Shown piece by piece: positions 28,912-39,158 of a DNA stretch of 64,000 nt (positions within the stretch are counted from its first letter, which is position 1; each line of letters opens with the position of its first letter). Below the pieces are notes generated by a model. The model was not told the DNA's origin and searched no databases. It saw nothing but the letters and a program-made list of their open reading frames with translations. A program made the translations under genes and the position numbers. The stretch comes from Lachnospiraceae bacterium (lineage in GTDB: Bacteria > Bacillota > Clostridia > Lachnospirales > Lachnospiraceae), in contig JBGVQN010000009.1 of NCBI GenBank assembly GCA_045127535.1, forward strand, positions 54,786 through 118,785, in the 5' to 3' direction.

Positions 28912-30459
28912 ATGAAAAATATTTATGTTCGTGCCGGAATGTCCCCTTTTGAAAGTTTTCCAGCAGAAAAAATACTGAATGAAAATTCAATTGGAACCAA
29001 TGTCGGCAATTTTTTATATTTATTTGGAACTCTGCGCAATCTTGTGCAGGAAGATACCATAGTGACCCCAAGCTATTACAAGTTAAACCACACCAAAGAA
29101 GAAATTGACCGGATCAATCAGGAGTGTGACTGCTTCCTGATCCCTCTGGCAGATGCATTCCGTCCGGATTTTCGTGGAGAGATGCGTGCATTGACCAGAC
29201 TGGTAGAGCAGTTAACCATTCCCTGTGTGGTAACTGGTGTGGGATTATGCGCTCCGTATGATGCATCTCCTGACCAGTCTTATCCTTTTGACGAGGATGC
29301 AAAAGCATTTGTAAAAGCGGTACTAAATAAATCAGCCAAGATAGGTGTCCGTGGAGAAATTACATCTGCCTATCTGTCTCATCTGGGGTTCAGAGAGGGC
29401 ATTGACCATACACCCATTGGCTGTCCGTCTTTGTATATGAATGGACCTAAGCTGCAGATCAGGGAGGCAAATATCACGCCTGATTCATTTGTATGCTACA
29501 ATACCACTTTCACGACTCCGGACAATGTGCATGAGTTTGTACACAGAAGCCTTGCACAGTTTCATGATACCCATTTTGTGCCCCAGGTACGCAATGAATT
29601 AAAGCTTTTGTATACAGGAGCGCCGTATATCTGTAATGCAAATCCATTGTATCCTACCAAAATCACAGATGAAGCATACCGGGGCAATCAGTCCAGATTT
29701 TTCCTGAATGTACCTACCTGGATCGAATATATGAAGGGAGCGGATTTCTGTTTTGGTACCAGACTCCACGGTAATGTGGCTGCCATGCTGGCAGGAACCC
29801 CAAGCATTCTGCTGGCAAAGGATGCCCGTGTCAGAGAACTGGCTGAGTATCACGATATGACCCGTTTCCCTGTGGAACAGATTGATGAGAAGACAGATAT
29901 CTGGGATCTGATTGCAAAGGCAGATTTCCACCAGGCAGAAAAGTGCCAGTATGCCAACTATACCCATTTCATTGATTTTCTGGAGGAAAATCATTTGTCA
30001 CCTTACCGCCAGGATCCTGCACATATGGAGGAACTTCCTTTTGAAGAGCGGATGAAGCATGTGAAGTTAGAACCCCCTGTGGAATCCATTGCCACCTGTA
30101 GCTTGGAGGAAATGGCAAAGCGCTGGGGCACATACTGGCCTTTGCAGGAGCAGCGTGTAAATCGGTTGGAAACTGAGGTGAAAACCCTTAAAAAAGAGAA
30201 AAAAGAATTCCAGGGTGAAGCAAAGAAACTTCAACAGGAAAAGACTGTTCTGCAGGCAGAAAATAAAGAACTCCAAAAAGAAACGTCTGCTTTGCAGGCA
30301 GAGAAGAAAACGCTGGCAAAAGAGAAAAAACGTCTTCAGTCTGAATTGGAAAAACCTCTGCTGATTCAGCTGGGTAAGCGGATAGAAAAGAGGTGCCCAT
30401 CTATTGGAACACTTCTTAGAAAAGTGAAAAAGATGGTTTGCCATGGCAAAAAAGAATAA
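28912..30459 (+). CDS. polysaccharide pyruvyl transferase-like protein with C-terminal coiled-coil repeat tail
   Basis: A CFGTRLHGNVAAM motif is shared with WcaK and CsaB-type pyruvyl transferases. About 110 C-terminal residues are Lys/Glu/Gln-rich heptad-like repeats, such as EKKEFQGEAKKLQQEKTVLQAENKELQKE. Confidence 0.5.
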   Translation: MKNIYVRAGMSPFESFPAEKILNENSIGTNVGNFLYLFGTLRNLVQEDTIVTPSYYKLNHTKEEIDRINQECDCFLIPLADAFRPDFRGEMRALTRLVEQLTIPCVVTGVGLCAPYDASPDQSYPFDEDAKAFVKAVLNKSAKIGVRGEITSAYLSHLGFREGIDHTPIGCPSLYMNGPKLQIREANITPDSFVCYNTTFTTPDNVHEFVHRSLAQFHDTHFVPQVRNELKLLYTGAPYICNANPLYPTKITDEAYRGNQSRFFLNVPTWIEYMKGADFCFGTRLHGNVAAMLAGTPSILLAKDARVRELAEYHDMTRFPVEQIDEKTDIWDLIAKADFHQAEKCQYANYTHFIDFLEENHLSPYRQDPAHMEELPFEERMKHVKLEPPVESIATCSLEEMAKRWGTYWPLQEQRVNRLETEVKTLKKEKKEFQGEAKKLQQEKTVLQAENKELQKETSALQAEKKTLAKEKKRLQSELEKPLLIQLGKRIEKRCPSIGTLLRKVKKMVCHGKKE

Positions 30460-30605
30460 CGCACAGGTGGGTGACGGAGAACGTGTTTTTCTAAATGTCT
30501 GCTTTACTTCTGCGCAAGTTTGCGATAGAATGAAATGCACAGATGATTCATGGCAATAGAATGTTTTTCTATTGTTTGTAAACAAAGGGATTCAAAGGGG
30601 ACATT

Positions 30606-33600
30606 TTGAAAGAACGGATTATACAAATCGCAAAAGGAATAGTTTCATATGATGCACCTCAGTTCCGCATTTATCCGGAACAGCTTACTGGAGAACTGGC
30701 AGTAAATCAGTCAGTAAAGAAGGAAGTGGAGATACGCACTTGTAATGGCAAGCCTGTAAAAGGGGTTGCCTGTTCTGATTGTCCTCATGTACGGATCAAA
30801 GGAGACACCTTTCAGGGATATGTAAACCGGGTGACGGTAGAAATAGATGCTGCAGGACTGGAAGCAGGAGAGATACTGGCAGGAGAACTGGTATTGCTTA
30901 CCGATGGTGGAGAAAATTACATTCCTTACCGGTATCAGGTGTGCAGTGAGGAAAAGGCATTGGAAGAAGGAGAGAATACACCAGAGGGCAATGGCTGTAA
31001 GGATACTGAAAAAACAGAGTCTGATGCTGATGATGGGCACTGCAATAATATAGAAGAAAATGGGACTGCCAGAGAGCAGGAAAATCAAACAGAGCAGAAA
31101 GAGCAGCCAATACCGGAATCTCCAAATATGCAAAGAGAGTCTGCTCATAAAACTGCGGAACTGATGAAGCTGATGCTACACTGTCTGACAGAGCATTACA
31201 GCCAGGATGCCATGGAAGACCTGGAACTGAATCTGATGGTCTGGCAGGATGAGCCAGAGCCTTTTCTCACAGAAGCCCAAAACAACCTGCTGCAGGTATT
31301 GGTCATGTACCATACAGGCTGTAGGGAGGAAGGTATTAACCTGTATGAGCAGATCAGGGAGCAGATTTATGCTGACCGGGAAAATACCTCCTGGGCTTAT
31401 CTGCTGGGTTTATATTTAGAAGACAGACTGTTGCCTGAGGAAGAACGCGGCGCCCAGGTACATCAGCTGCAGCAGTATAGGCAACAGTATAAAGATGATT
31501 TCAGTCTGCTGCTTTTATCAGAAATGGACTTAAATCGTCTGTTTCATCCGAAAACAGCAGCAGAAGAATTGTGTGCTGCTTATGAAAATGGATATCACAG
31601 TCCGTTTTTACTCTGGAGGTTGTTTCAGATTTTAGAAGAAGCACCTCAGATCATGGATTTACACAGCCGGCCTATGATACAGGCTTTTGGATCTGTCATT
31701 CGTTATGGCATGGTACCGGTGCATATGCTGAGAGAAATCCTCAGACAGATGAAACCGGAAACAGAACCAGCTTGTGCCCCGGTACTCCTTCGGGCATTTT
31801 TGCGCCTGATGGAGAATGAAGCATATGAAGGCCCGGATTTGTTAAATGCTGCAGTACAGCTTATGCTGCAGCTTCAGTATGCAGGAACACAGTATTTCCC
31901 TCTGTATCATCAGGCCGCTTGTGCCAATATGCATTCAGAAGAACTGTTTGTGTATTATCTGAATTCCGTGCCAGGAGGATACAGAAAGCCCATTGCCAGA
32001 CCTGTGGTTCTGTATTATACTTATGGAGATACGCTTTCAGAACCTTTGAGAGAGCTTTTATATACCAATGTGCAGCTTTTTTACAGCGATGAAGAACGCA
32101 TCTATACCGGGTACCGCAACCGGATAGAGCGGTTTATGATAGATCACCTGCTGCAGGGGCAGATAAATGAAAATCTGCTGTTTTTGTATACCACTTTGCT
32201 GCATCCGGAGATGCTGGATGAGCGGGCGGCAGCTGCATTAACGGATATACTCTCTTTAGCGCATATTTCTGAGGAAAAGAGTGGGGCAGAAACTGTAGTG
32301 GTACGGTATCCTCTGCTGGAACAGGAGTGGAGCTATCCTTTGGCCAAAGGAGAAGGAAATGTGCCTGTATGGAGTCAGGATGCAGAGATCATCTGTCTGG
32401 ATGCTGCAGGAAATCCATTGGAGGATCAGGGGGGAAAGCGCTCCCTGTGGATGGAACACCAGGAGCTGGAAAAGCGGTGCAGACAGTTATATCCTTCTCA
32501 TATCAGATTTCAGCTGACTGATTTGAAAAAGCTGTTGGAGTATGGTGTGGATACAAAGGAACAGTTAGACCAGGTAATCGGACTGGCCAATGCATTGCCA
32601 GTGTGTTGGGAGGCTGTGTGCCGGATCGTATCTATGGTCATCGCATACTGCAATGTACATCCGGAGGATACTGCATATGATGGTGTATTGGTAGGGGCTT
32701 CCTGGGAAGATCTAGGAAAAGAGGAACAGAGGCAGGTATTTGACCTGCTGCTGCGCCGGGGATATGTAAAAGAGGCAGAAAGCCGCATTCGCAGCTATGG
32801 CTGGAAGGAACTGTCGGATGAAAGTCTGTCTGTATTTTTAAGACTGCGCAGCGAAAAGTCCGCAAAGACAGATAACTGGCAGACGGCTATGTGTTATGAG
32901 CTGTATGTCAGGGGCAGCAGAGAAAGCTGGCTTTTAAACGAGCTTTGTCTGCATTACAGCAGCAGCCAGGAAAAAATGCTGGCATTGCTGCAGGATTGTC
33001 TGCAGTCAGGAATGCAGGCAGAAAATCATCAGACAGACTGCCGTGCAGACAGGTTAGGAGAACGTCTCCTGACACAAAGTATGTTCACCGGAAAGTGGGA
33101 AAAGCTGCCGGAAATTATGAACGGGTACATAGATGGAAATGGACAGGATGGCCTTTTAATGAGCAGCTATCTGGTGATTCGCTGTCAGGTTTATTATATG
33201 ACTGGAACAGCAGATTCGGTATTGGAAGGGTGGTTTTCCTATGCATCTGTTCAAGAGCCGTTTCAGGGAAAACTGCCGGAGATCTGCTGTATGGCATTGT
33301 TAAAGTGGTACGGAGAGAAAGGGCAGCTTACAAATCAGGAGCAGCAGCTTTGTATTCCATTGTTAGAGGGACTGCTGCAAAGAAACAGATGCTACAGTTT
33401 CTTCCATAGATATGCAGAGCTGGTATCTATGCCATCTGTTTTGGAAGGAAAAACGATATTAGAATATCATGGAGCAGCAAACCGGCAGGTCATGCTGGTT
33501 TACCAAAGAGACAAACTGGAAACAGATGAAAACGTAATTTTGCTGAAAGAGCAGTATCCAGGTGTATATTGTGCGGCCATCTCCCTGTTCGCAGGAGAAG

Positions 33601-33827
33601 AACTGCATTATCGTCTGCTGGAGGACGGGGAATATCAGGCAGTATGTTTTACACTGGAAGAACCCTTTGCCGGAAAAGATGAAGGATATGTAAGCCTGAA
33701 TCAGATCATTTCAGCATATCAAAGAAACGACTGGCAGAAGGTACAGGATGCAGTGCGCACAAGGGAACTTGGCAGATGCATGCTGGACCGGCTGTTCCCA
33801 TTAAATTATATTTCAGAGGAAAGGTAG
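30606..33827 (+). CDS. large (1073 aa) uncharacterised protein: N-terminal beta-rich domain, acidic linker, long alpha-helical body
   Basis: A continuous ORF starting at TTG. No recognisable catalytic motif. Its stop abuts the next start. Confidence 0.55.
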   Translation: MKERIIQIAKGIVSYDAPQFRIYPEQLTGELAVNQSVKKEVEIRTCNGKPVKGVACSDCPHVRIKGDTFQGYVNRVTVEIDAAGLEAGEILAGELVLLTDGGENYIPYRYQVCSEEKALEEGENTPEGNGCKDTEKTESDADDGHCNNIEENGTAREQENQTEQKEQPIPESPNMQRESAHKTAELMKLMLHCLTEHYSQDAMEDLELNLMVWQDEPEPFLTEAQNNLLQVLVMYHTGCREEGINLYEQIREQIYADRENTSWAYLLGLYLEDRLLPEEERGAQVHQLQQYRQQYKDDFSLLLLSEMDLNRLFHPKTAAEELCAAYENGYHSPFLLWRLFQILEEAPQIMDLHSRPMIQAFGSVIRYGMVPVHMLREILRQMKPETEPACAPVLLRAFLRLMENEAYEGPDLLNAAVQLMLQLQYAGTQYFPLYHQAACANMHSEELFVYYLNSVPGGYRKPIARPVVLYYTYGDTLSEPLRELLYTNVQLFYSDEERIYTGYRNRIERFMIDHLLQGQINENLLFLYTTLLHPEMLDERAAAALTDILSLAHISEEKSGAETVVVRYPLLEQEWSYPLAKGEGNVPVWSQDAEIICLDAAGNPLEDQGGKRSLWMEHQELEKRCRQLYPSHIRFQLTDLKKLLEYGVDTKEQLDQVIGLANALPVCWEAVCRIVSMVIAYCNVHPEDTAYDGVLVGASWEDLGKEEQRQVFDLLLRRGYVKEAESRIRSYGWKELSDESLSVFLRLRSEKSAKTDNWQTAMCYELYVRGSRESWLLNELCLHYSSSQEKMLALLQDCLQSGMQAENHQTDCRADRLGERLLTQSMFTGKWEKLPEIMNGYIDGNGQDGLLMSSYLVIRCQVYYMTGTADSVLEGWFSYASVQEPFQGKLPEICCMALLKWYGEKGQLTNQEQQLCIPLLEGLLQRNRCYSFFHRYAELVSMPSVLEGKTILEYHGAANRQVMLVYQRDKLETDENVILLKEQYPGVYCAAISLFAGEELHYRLLEDGEYQAVCFTLEEPFAGKDEGYVSLNQIISAYQRNDWQKVQDAVRTRELGRCMLDRLFPLNYISEER

Positions 33828-35117
33828 TTGGTACAGAGGATGAATGATGCAGATGGTTTGATAATTGGATATGATTTATGCCCGGATTTTGTACGCATCA
33901 GCTGTTACTGTCCCGGCAAAGATGAGCCGGAAGACTTTTCCTTTGATGAAGAGGGATTAAAACAATCCATTGCTACCCTGCTCTGCAAAAAAAGGGGAGC
34001 AGATGAGTGGCTGATTGGAGAAGAAGCCCTGCAGAATGCCCTGACCGGCAGCGGAATTATGGTAGATAACCTTTTGGGGATGATTCAGCGCAAGGGAGAA
34101 ACTGTTTTAGAGGGCGTTCACTATACTGCTGACAGGCTGCTGGATATTTTTCTGCGGAAAACCATTCAGATGGTTCTGGATACCTATCATCAGTCAAGGC
34201 TTGTAAAAATATTTTTTACTATTCCCAAAATGGAACCGGCATGGATGGAAACCATTTATCAGGCAGCAGCAGGCATGGGGCTGGAAAGCAGCCAGGTGCG
34301 GATTCTCTGCCATGCAGACAGCTTTGGCTGTTATATTGCCAACCATTCCAGAGGCGGACTCTCTGGCATTACAGCCTTGTTTGACCTGACCAAAATGGGT
34401 CTGGATTATTATGAAATCAGATGCAACAAATCTGTAAAGCCTCAGCAACTCCTGGTACAGCATGAGACGTTAGAGGAACGGTTCAGCCTGGATATATTAA
34501 AAGAAAAGACAGGAGTCCGTATGGCTGACTCCATCCTCACCTCCTGTGCAGACAGGCTGTTTCACGGAAAAGTGGTAACACAGGTATTTCTGGCAGGAGA
34601 AGGGCTGGCACACTGCCAGGAGTGGTCAGAAAAATTCCTTGCTACCATCTGTAAACAGAGAAAGGTCTATTACCACCACAACCTGTTTGCCCAAGGTGCT
34701 CTGGCAGCAGCTCTTGCATCCTTAGATGCAGGGGGGAATCCGCCTTATCTGTTGCTTTGCGAAGGCAGGATCCCTTCTGACATTTCTATGGAAGTGGTAC
34801 AGCAAAACACCAGAAAAAAACTCGTACTCTGTCAGGGTGGAAGTGACTGGTACGAAGCTGGCGCTACAGTAGAACTGATACCGGATATTTGCGACAGTCT
34901 CCAGTTACAGATCTGCAGATTGACAGACAGACGTACCAGAACCTGTTCTATTTCTCTGGAAGCGCTGCCAAAGCGTCCAGAACGTACCACCCGCCTGGAA
35001 GTAAAGATTTATTTCCGCTCGTCAGAAGAAATGACAGTGCGGGTAAAAGATCTTGGTTTTGGAGAGCTGTATCCGGCTACAGACACTATAATAGAAGAAA
35101 AAGTTTATATCGGCTAA
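33828..35117 (+). CDS. Hsp70/actin-fold (ASKHA) ATPase-domain protein lacking a substrate-binding domain (YegD-like)
   Basis: DGLIIGYDLCPDFVRIS matches Hsp70 phosphate-1. TIPKMEPAWMETIYQAAAGMGLESSQVRILCHADSFGCYIA parallels Hsp70 TVPAYFNDAQRQATKDAG...IINEPTAAALAY. The connect-1 and adenosine motifs ALFDLTKMGLDY and VFLAGEGLA are also present. The protein is only 429 aa. Confidence 0.55.
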   Translation: MVQRMNDADGLIIGYDLCPDFVRISCYCPGKDEPEDFSFDEEGLKQSIATLLCKKRGADEWLIGEEALQNALTGSGIMVDNLLGMIQRKGETVLEGVHYTADRLLDIFLRKTIQMVLDTYHQSRLVKIFFTIPKMEPAWMETIYQAAAGMGLESSQVRILCHADSFGCYIANHSRGGLSGITALFDLTKMGLDYYEIRCNKSVKPQQLLVQHETLEERFSLDILKEKTGVRMADSILTSCADRLFHGKVVTQVFLAGEGLAHCQEWSEKFLATICKQRKVYYHHNLFAQGALAAALASLDAGGNPPYLLLCEGRIPSDISMEVVQQNTRKKLVLCQGGSDWYEAGATVELIPDICDSLQLQICRLTDRRTRTCSISLEALPKRPERTTRLEVKIYFRSSEEMTVRVKDLGFGELYPATDTIIEEKVYIG

Positions 35118-35187
35118 CGGGTAAAACAATATCCCCCATAATCTGATGCCCACACTCTTGTAAACGTCCGGGAAAGGAGAATGAAAG

Positions 35188-35988
35188 ATGAACCGATATC
35201 TGTTATGCAGAAAAAGAGTGAACAGGCCATATGTAGTAAAGGAGCTTGGACTGCGGATCTATTCTCCGGAGGAACTCTGTTATTTTATTTATCAGAATCT
35301 TCCCTTGATTGAAAACAGCTTTCTGGATGAGAATTTCTATGAATTTATTGGGCAGGACTGTGGCATGCCGGAGACTGCAAGACAAATGGAGCGATATGCC
35401 AGAGCCAGTCAGTCTCCCTTAGAAGCACTGCGGATTTTATTTTCGGCAGTAGGGTATTATACAGAAGAAGAATGCAGTCGGTTTTGCAAACGTCTGATGC
35501 AGCAGCTGCACAACTCTCCTGACCGGATTTATGAAGAAAAAGCAGATCTGCTGGTTCAGCTTGGGCGGTATCAGGAAGCTGTGCAGTATTATGAAAAGAT
35601 AAGCAGCGCCAGACATGGACAGTCTGCTGCACCGGTGTTGGAAAAAATGGCAGGACTGTATTTGAGAATGGGACAGCAGAAAAAGGCAATGGAGCATTTG
35701 ATTTCCTTATGGAAGCTGACCAAAGAAAAGAAAGCTGCCAGGGCACTGTGCTTTGGCTGCCTGTTTACAGGACAGGAAGTGAGCGAATTGGGGGCAGATA
35801 TCCCAGAGGCATTGCAGCAGCAGTACAGTCAGGAGTATGAGCTCATCCGTCAGGAAGTGGAAAACCAGGTTGGAGAAGGTCCAGTAGAGACAGTTATGAC
35901 AGATCATTTTCAGGGGCGGAGAGAAGAACTGGAGCAGTATTTTTACCTAGAAAAGCAGGCATACCGGAAAATGATGGGGATTGCATAA
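35188..35988 (+). CDS. TPR-like helical repeat protein
   Basis: A 266-aa protein with repeated LxxxGxYxEAxxYYEK-like helix pairs. An RBS, GGAGA, precedes the ATG. Confidence 0.5.
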   Translation: MNRYLLCRKRVNRPYVVKELGLRIYSPEELCYFIYQNLPLIENSFLDENFYEFIGQDCGMPETARQMERYARASQSPLEALRILFSAVGYYTEEECSRFCKRLMQQLHNSPDRIYEEKADLLVQLGRYQEAVQYYEKISSARHGQSAAPVLEKMAGLYLRMGQQKKAMEHLISLWKLTKEKKAARALCFGCLFTGQEVSELGADIPEALQQQYSQEYELIRQEVENQVGEGPVETVMTDHFQGRREELEQYFYLEKQAYRKMMGIA

Positions 35989-35996
35989 AAACCTGC

Positions 35997-36025
35997 TTGA
36001 CAAAAACCATATAAATAGCTATGAT
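35997..36025 (+). promoter_or_regulatory. sigma-A-type promoter for valS leader
   Basis: TTGACA, a 17-nt spacer, then TATGAT. Confidence 0.5.
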
Positions 36026-36029
36026 GAAA

Positions 36030-36305
36030 ACAGTCACATCTAAGGAAAGGTGATGAAGCAGAGGAGTACTGTTTGGAGGCGGACAGAGAGGTGGCCGGAT
36101 GTTGAGAGGCCATTACGTACAGAAGGATAGGAAGGTAGCTGCTGAACTGGATTTTTGAACGGCAAGACTCATTAGAGAATCCCGGTTAGTCCCCGTTATC
36201 GGTCACAAGGGAATCGGAGCAGCAGCTCCCGTTCTGAAATGAAGGTGGTACCGTGCATATGCGCCCTTTATGGAGATCATTCCATAAAGGGCTTTTTTAT
36301 TTTAT
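36030..36305 (+). ncRNA. T-box riboswitch leader (tRNA-Val-responsive) with terminator
   Basis: The T-box sequence AATGAAGGTGGTACCGTG is at 36238-36255. A terminator, GCGCCCTTTATGGA...TCCATAAAGGGC followed by TTTTTTATTTT, comes next. The position upstream of valS fits. Confidence 0.7.
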
Positions 36306-36491
36306 TTCATCGCATGCAAAGAGGGTACCGGAAAAAGGTATTGTAAAATTCACCTGCAGGGAGAGTCGTGTGGACAACAGTGGGACAGCTGTTGCGTCAC
36401 AGGGCAGTTTGTGCGGAAGCGTCACAAATTGTCTGATTGCAGAGGGGTATGATAGGCCCATTGCAATTGTTACCCGGCAAGTCGCTTCAGA

Positions 36492-39143
36492 ATGGAGGAT
36501 ATGATGAAAGAATTAGAAAAAACATACAGCCCTGCTGATATAGAGGAGCGTCTGTATGAAAAGTGGTTGGACAAAAAGTATTTTCACGCAGAAGTAGATA
36601 GAAGCAAGAAGCCATTTACCATTGTAATGCCGCCGCCAAATGTAACCGGTCAGCTGCACATGGGTCATGCATTGGACAACACCATGCAGGACATTCTCTG
36701 CCGTTATAAGAGAATGCAGGGGTATAACGTATTATGGCAGCCAGGTACAGACCATGCAGCCATTGCCACAGAGGTAAAGGTCATTGACAAGCTGAAAAAA
36801 GAAGGCATTGATAAGAATGACATTGGACGTGAGAAGTTTTTAGAGCATGCCTGGGAGTGGAAGCGTGAGTACGGCGGAAGAATCATCAACCAGTTAAAGA
36901 AGTTAGGTTCTTCTGCAGACTGGGACAGAGAGCGTTTTACCATGGACGAGGGCTGCTCCAAGGCAGTAGAGGAAGTCTTTATCCGTCTGTATGAAAAAGG
37001 CTGGATCTACAAAGGCTCCCGTATCGTAAACTGGTGTCCTGTATGTAAGACCTCCATTTCTGATGCAGAGGTAGAGCATACAGAGCAGGCAGGCCATTTC
37101 TGGCATATTAAGTACCCGATCGTAGGGGAGGAAGGCAGATTCGTAGAGATCGCCACCACCAGACCGGAGACCATGCTTGGAGATACTGCAGTGGCAGTCA
37201 ATCCGGAGGATGACCGTTACAAGGATATCGTAGGCAAGATGCTGCTGCTGCCTCTGGTCAACAAGGAGATCCCGGTAGTGGCAGATCCATATGTAGACAA
37301 AGAGTTTGGAACCGGTTGTGTCAAGATCACCCCAGCCCATGATCCTAACGACTTTGAAGTAGGAAAGCGTCACAGCCTGCCGGAGATCAACATCATGAAT
37401 GATGATGCCACCATCAACAATCACGGCGGTAAATATGCAGGCATGGATCGTTACGAGGCAAGAAAGCTGATCGTACAGGAATTAGATGAGCTGGGCTTAC
37501 TGGTAAAGATCGAAGACCACGTACACAATGTAGGTACCCATGACCGTTGTAAGACCACCATTGAGCCACTGATCAAGCAGCAGTGGTTTGTAAAGATGGA
37601 TGAGATGATCAAGCCTGCTGTAGAGGCAGTAAAGTCCGGTGAGATCAAGCTGCTGCCGGAGCGCATGGACCGTACTTACTTTAACTGGACAGACAACATC
37701 CGTGACTGGTGTATTTCCAGACAGCTGTGGTGGGGACACAGGATCCCGGCTTACTATTGTAAGGATTGTGGTGAAATGGTTGTGTCCAGAGACGCAGTGA
37801 CGGTATGCCCTAAGTGCGGCAGCGTACACATGGAGCAGGATCCGGATACATTGGACACCTGGTTTTCTTCTGCACTGTGGCCATTCTCCACATTGGGCTG
37901 GCCGGAGCAGACAGAGGATCTGGATTACTTCTATCCGACAGACGTACTGGTAACCGGCTATGATATTATCTTCTTCTGGGTCATCCGTATGATCTTCTCC
38001 GGCTATGAGCAGACCGGTAAGGCGCCGTTCCATACGGTACTGTTCCATGGTCTGGTCAGAGACTCTCAGGGACGTAAGATGAGTAAGTCTCTGGGCAATG
38101 GTATCGATCCATTAGAGGTCATTGATAAATATGGTGCAGATGCCCTGCGTCTCACCCTGATTACCGGTAATGCACCAGGTAATGACATGCGTTTCTACTG
38201 GGAGAGAGTAGAAGCATCCCGTAACTTTGCCAACAAGCTGTGGAACGCATCCCGTTTCATTATGATGAACATGGAAAAGGCATCCTCAGACAATGTCACT
38301 CTGGCAGATCTGACCAACGCAGACAAGTGGATTCTGTCCAAGGCAAACCGTCTTGCCAAGGAAGTGACTGAAAATATGGACAAGTATGAAATGGGTATTG
38401 CTGTACAAAAGGTTTACGATTTTGTATGGGAAGAATTCTGCGACTGGTATATCGAGATGGTAAAGCCACGTCTGTGGAATGCAGAGGACAAGACCCAGGC
38501 AGCTGCCATCTGGACATTAAAGACTGTCCTGATCCAGTCCTTAAAGCTGCTGCACCCATTCATTCCATTTATTACAGAGGAGATCTTCTGCAACCTGCAG
38601 GATGCAGAGGAATCCATTATGATCTCTGAATGGCCGCAGTTCCAGAATGCATGGGACTTCGCCCAGGAGGAAAATGCAGTAGAGACCATCAAGGAAGCAG
38701 TACGCAGCATCCGTGCAGTACGTCTGTCCATGAATGTACCACCAAGCAAAAAGGCTACCATCTATGTAGTCAGCGAGCAGGACAAGGTACGTGAGATCTT
38801 TGAGACCTCCAAGGTATTCTTTGCACAGCTTGGTTCTGCAAGTGAGGTACTGGTACAGGCTGATAAGACCGGCATCGGGGAAGATGCAGTCTCTGCTGTG
38901 ACAGCAGATGCAGTGCTGTATATGCCTCTGGCAGAGCTGGTTGACATCTCCAAGGAGATCGAGCGCCTGCAGAAGGAAGCAGAAAAGCTGACCAAGGAGC
39001 TGGCACGTTCCAAGGGCATGTTAAGCAATGAGAAGTTTATCAGCAAGGCACCTGCTGCCAAGATCGCAGAGGAACAGGAGAAGCTGGCACGCTACGAAGC
39101 AATGATGGCCCAGGTACAGGAGAGACTGGAGGCACTGCAGTAA
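36492..39143 (+). CDS. valS: valine--tRNA ligase
   Basis: The class I HIGH motif PPNVTGQLHMGHA, KMSKS, and a C-terminal coiled coil. Alternative starts lie at 36501 and 36504. Confidence 0.9.
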   Translation: MEDMMKELEKTYSPADIEERLYEKWLDKKYFHAEVDRSKKPFTIVMPPPNVTGQLHMGHALDNTMQDILCRYKRMQGYNVLWQPGTDHAAIATEVKVIDKLKKEGIDKNDIGREKFLEHAWEWKREYGGRIINQLKKLGSSADWDRERFTMDEGCSKAVEEVFIRLYEKGWIYKGSRIVNWCPVCKTSISDAEVEHTEQAGHFWHIKYPIVGEEGRFVEIATTRPETMLGDTAVAVNPEDDRYKDIVGKMLLLPLVNKEIPVVADPYVDKEFGTGCVKITPAHDPNDFEVGKRHSLPEINIMNDDATINNHGGKYAGMDRYEARKLIVQELDELGLLVKIEDHVHNVGTHDRCKTTIEPLIKQQWFVKMDEMIKPAVEAVKSGEIKLLPERMDRTYFNWTDNIRDWCISRQLWWGHRIPAYYCKDCGEMVVSRDAVTVCPKCGSVHMEQDPDTLDTWFSSALWPFSTLGWPEQTEDLDYFYPTDVLVTGYDIIFFWVIRMIFSGYEQTGKAPFHTVLFHGLVRDSQGRKMSKSLGNGIDPLEVIDKYGADALRLTLITGNAPGNDMRFYWERVEASRNFANKLWNASRFIMMNMEKASSDNVTLADLTNADKWILSKANRLAKEVTENMDKYEMGIAVQKVYDFVWEEFCDWYIEMVKPRLWNAEDKTQAAAIWTLKTVLIQSLKLLHPFIPFITEEIFCNLQDAEESIMISEWPQFQNAWDFAQEENAVETIKEAVRSIRAVRLSMNVPPSKKATIYVVSEQDKVREIFETSKVFFAQLGSASEVLVQADKTGIGEDAVSAVTADAVLYMPLAELVDISKEIERLQKEAEKLTKELARSKGMLSNEKFISKAPAAKIAEEQEKLARYEAMMAQVQERLEALQ

Positions 39144-39158
39144 AATAGCATGGATACC

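Noticed and set aside
36253-36504. 83-aa ORF upstream of valS
   Set aside because: It lies entirely within the T-box leader and terminator and the structured spacer. It has no RBS and reflects RNA structure, not coding sequence.
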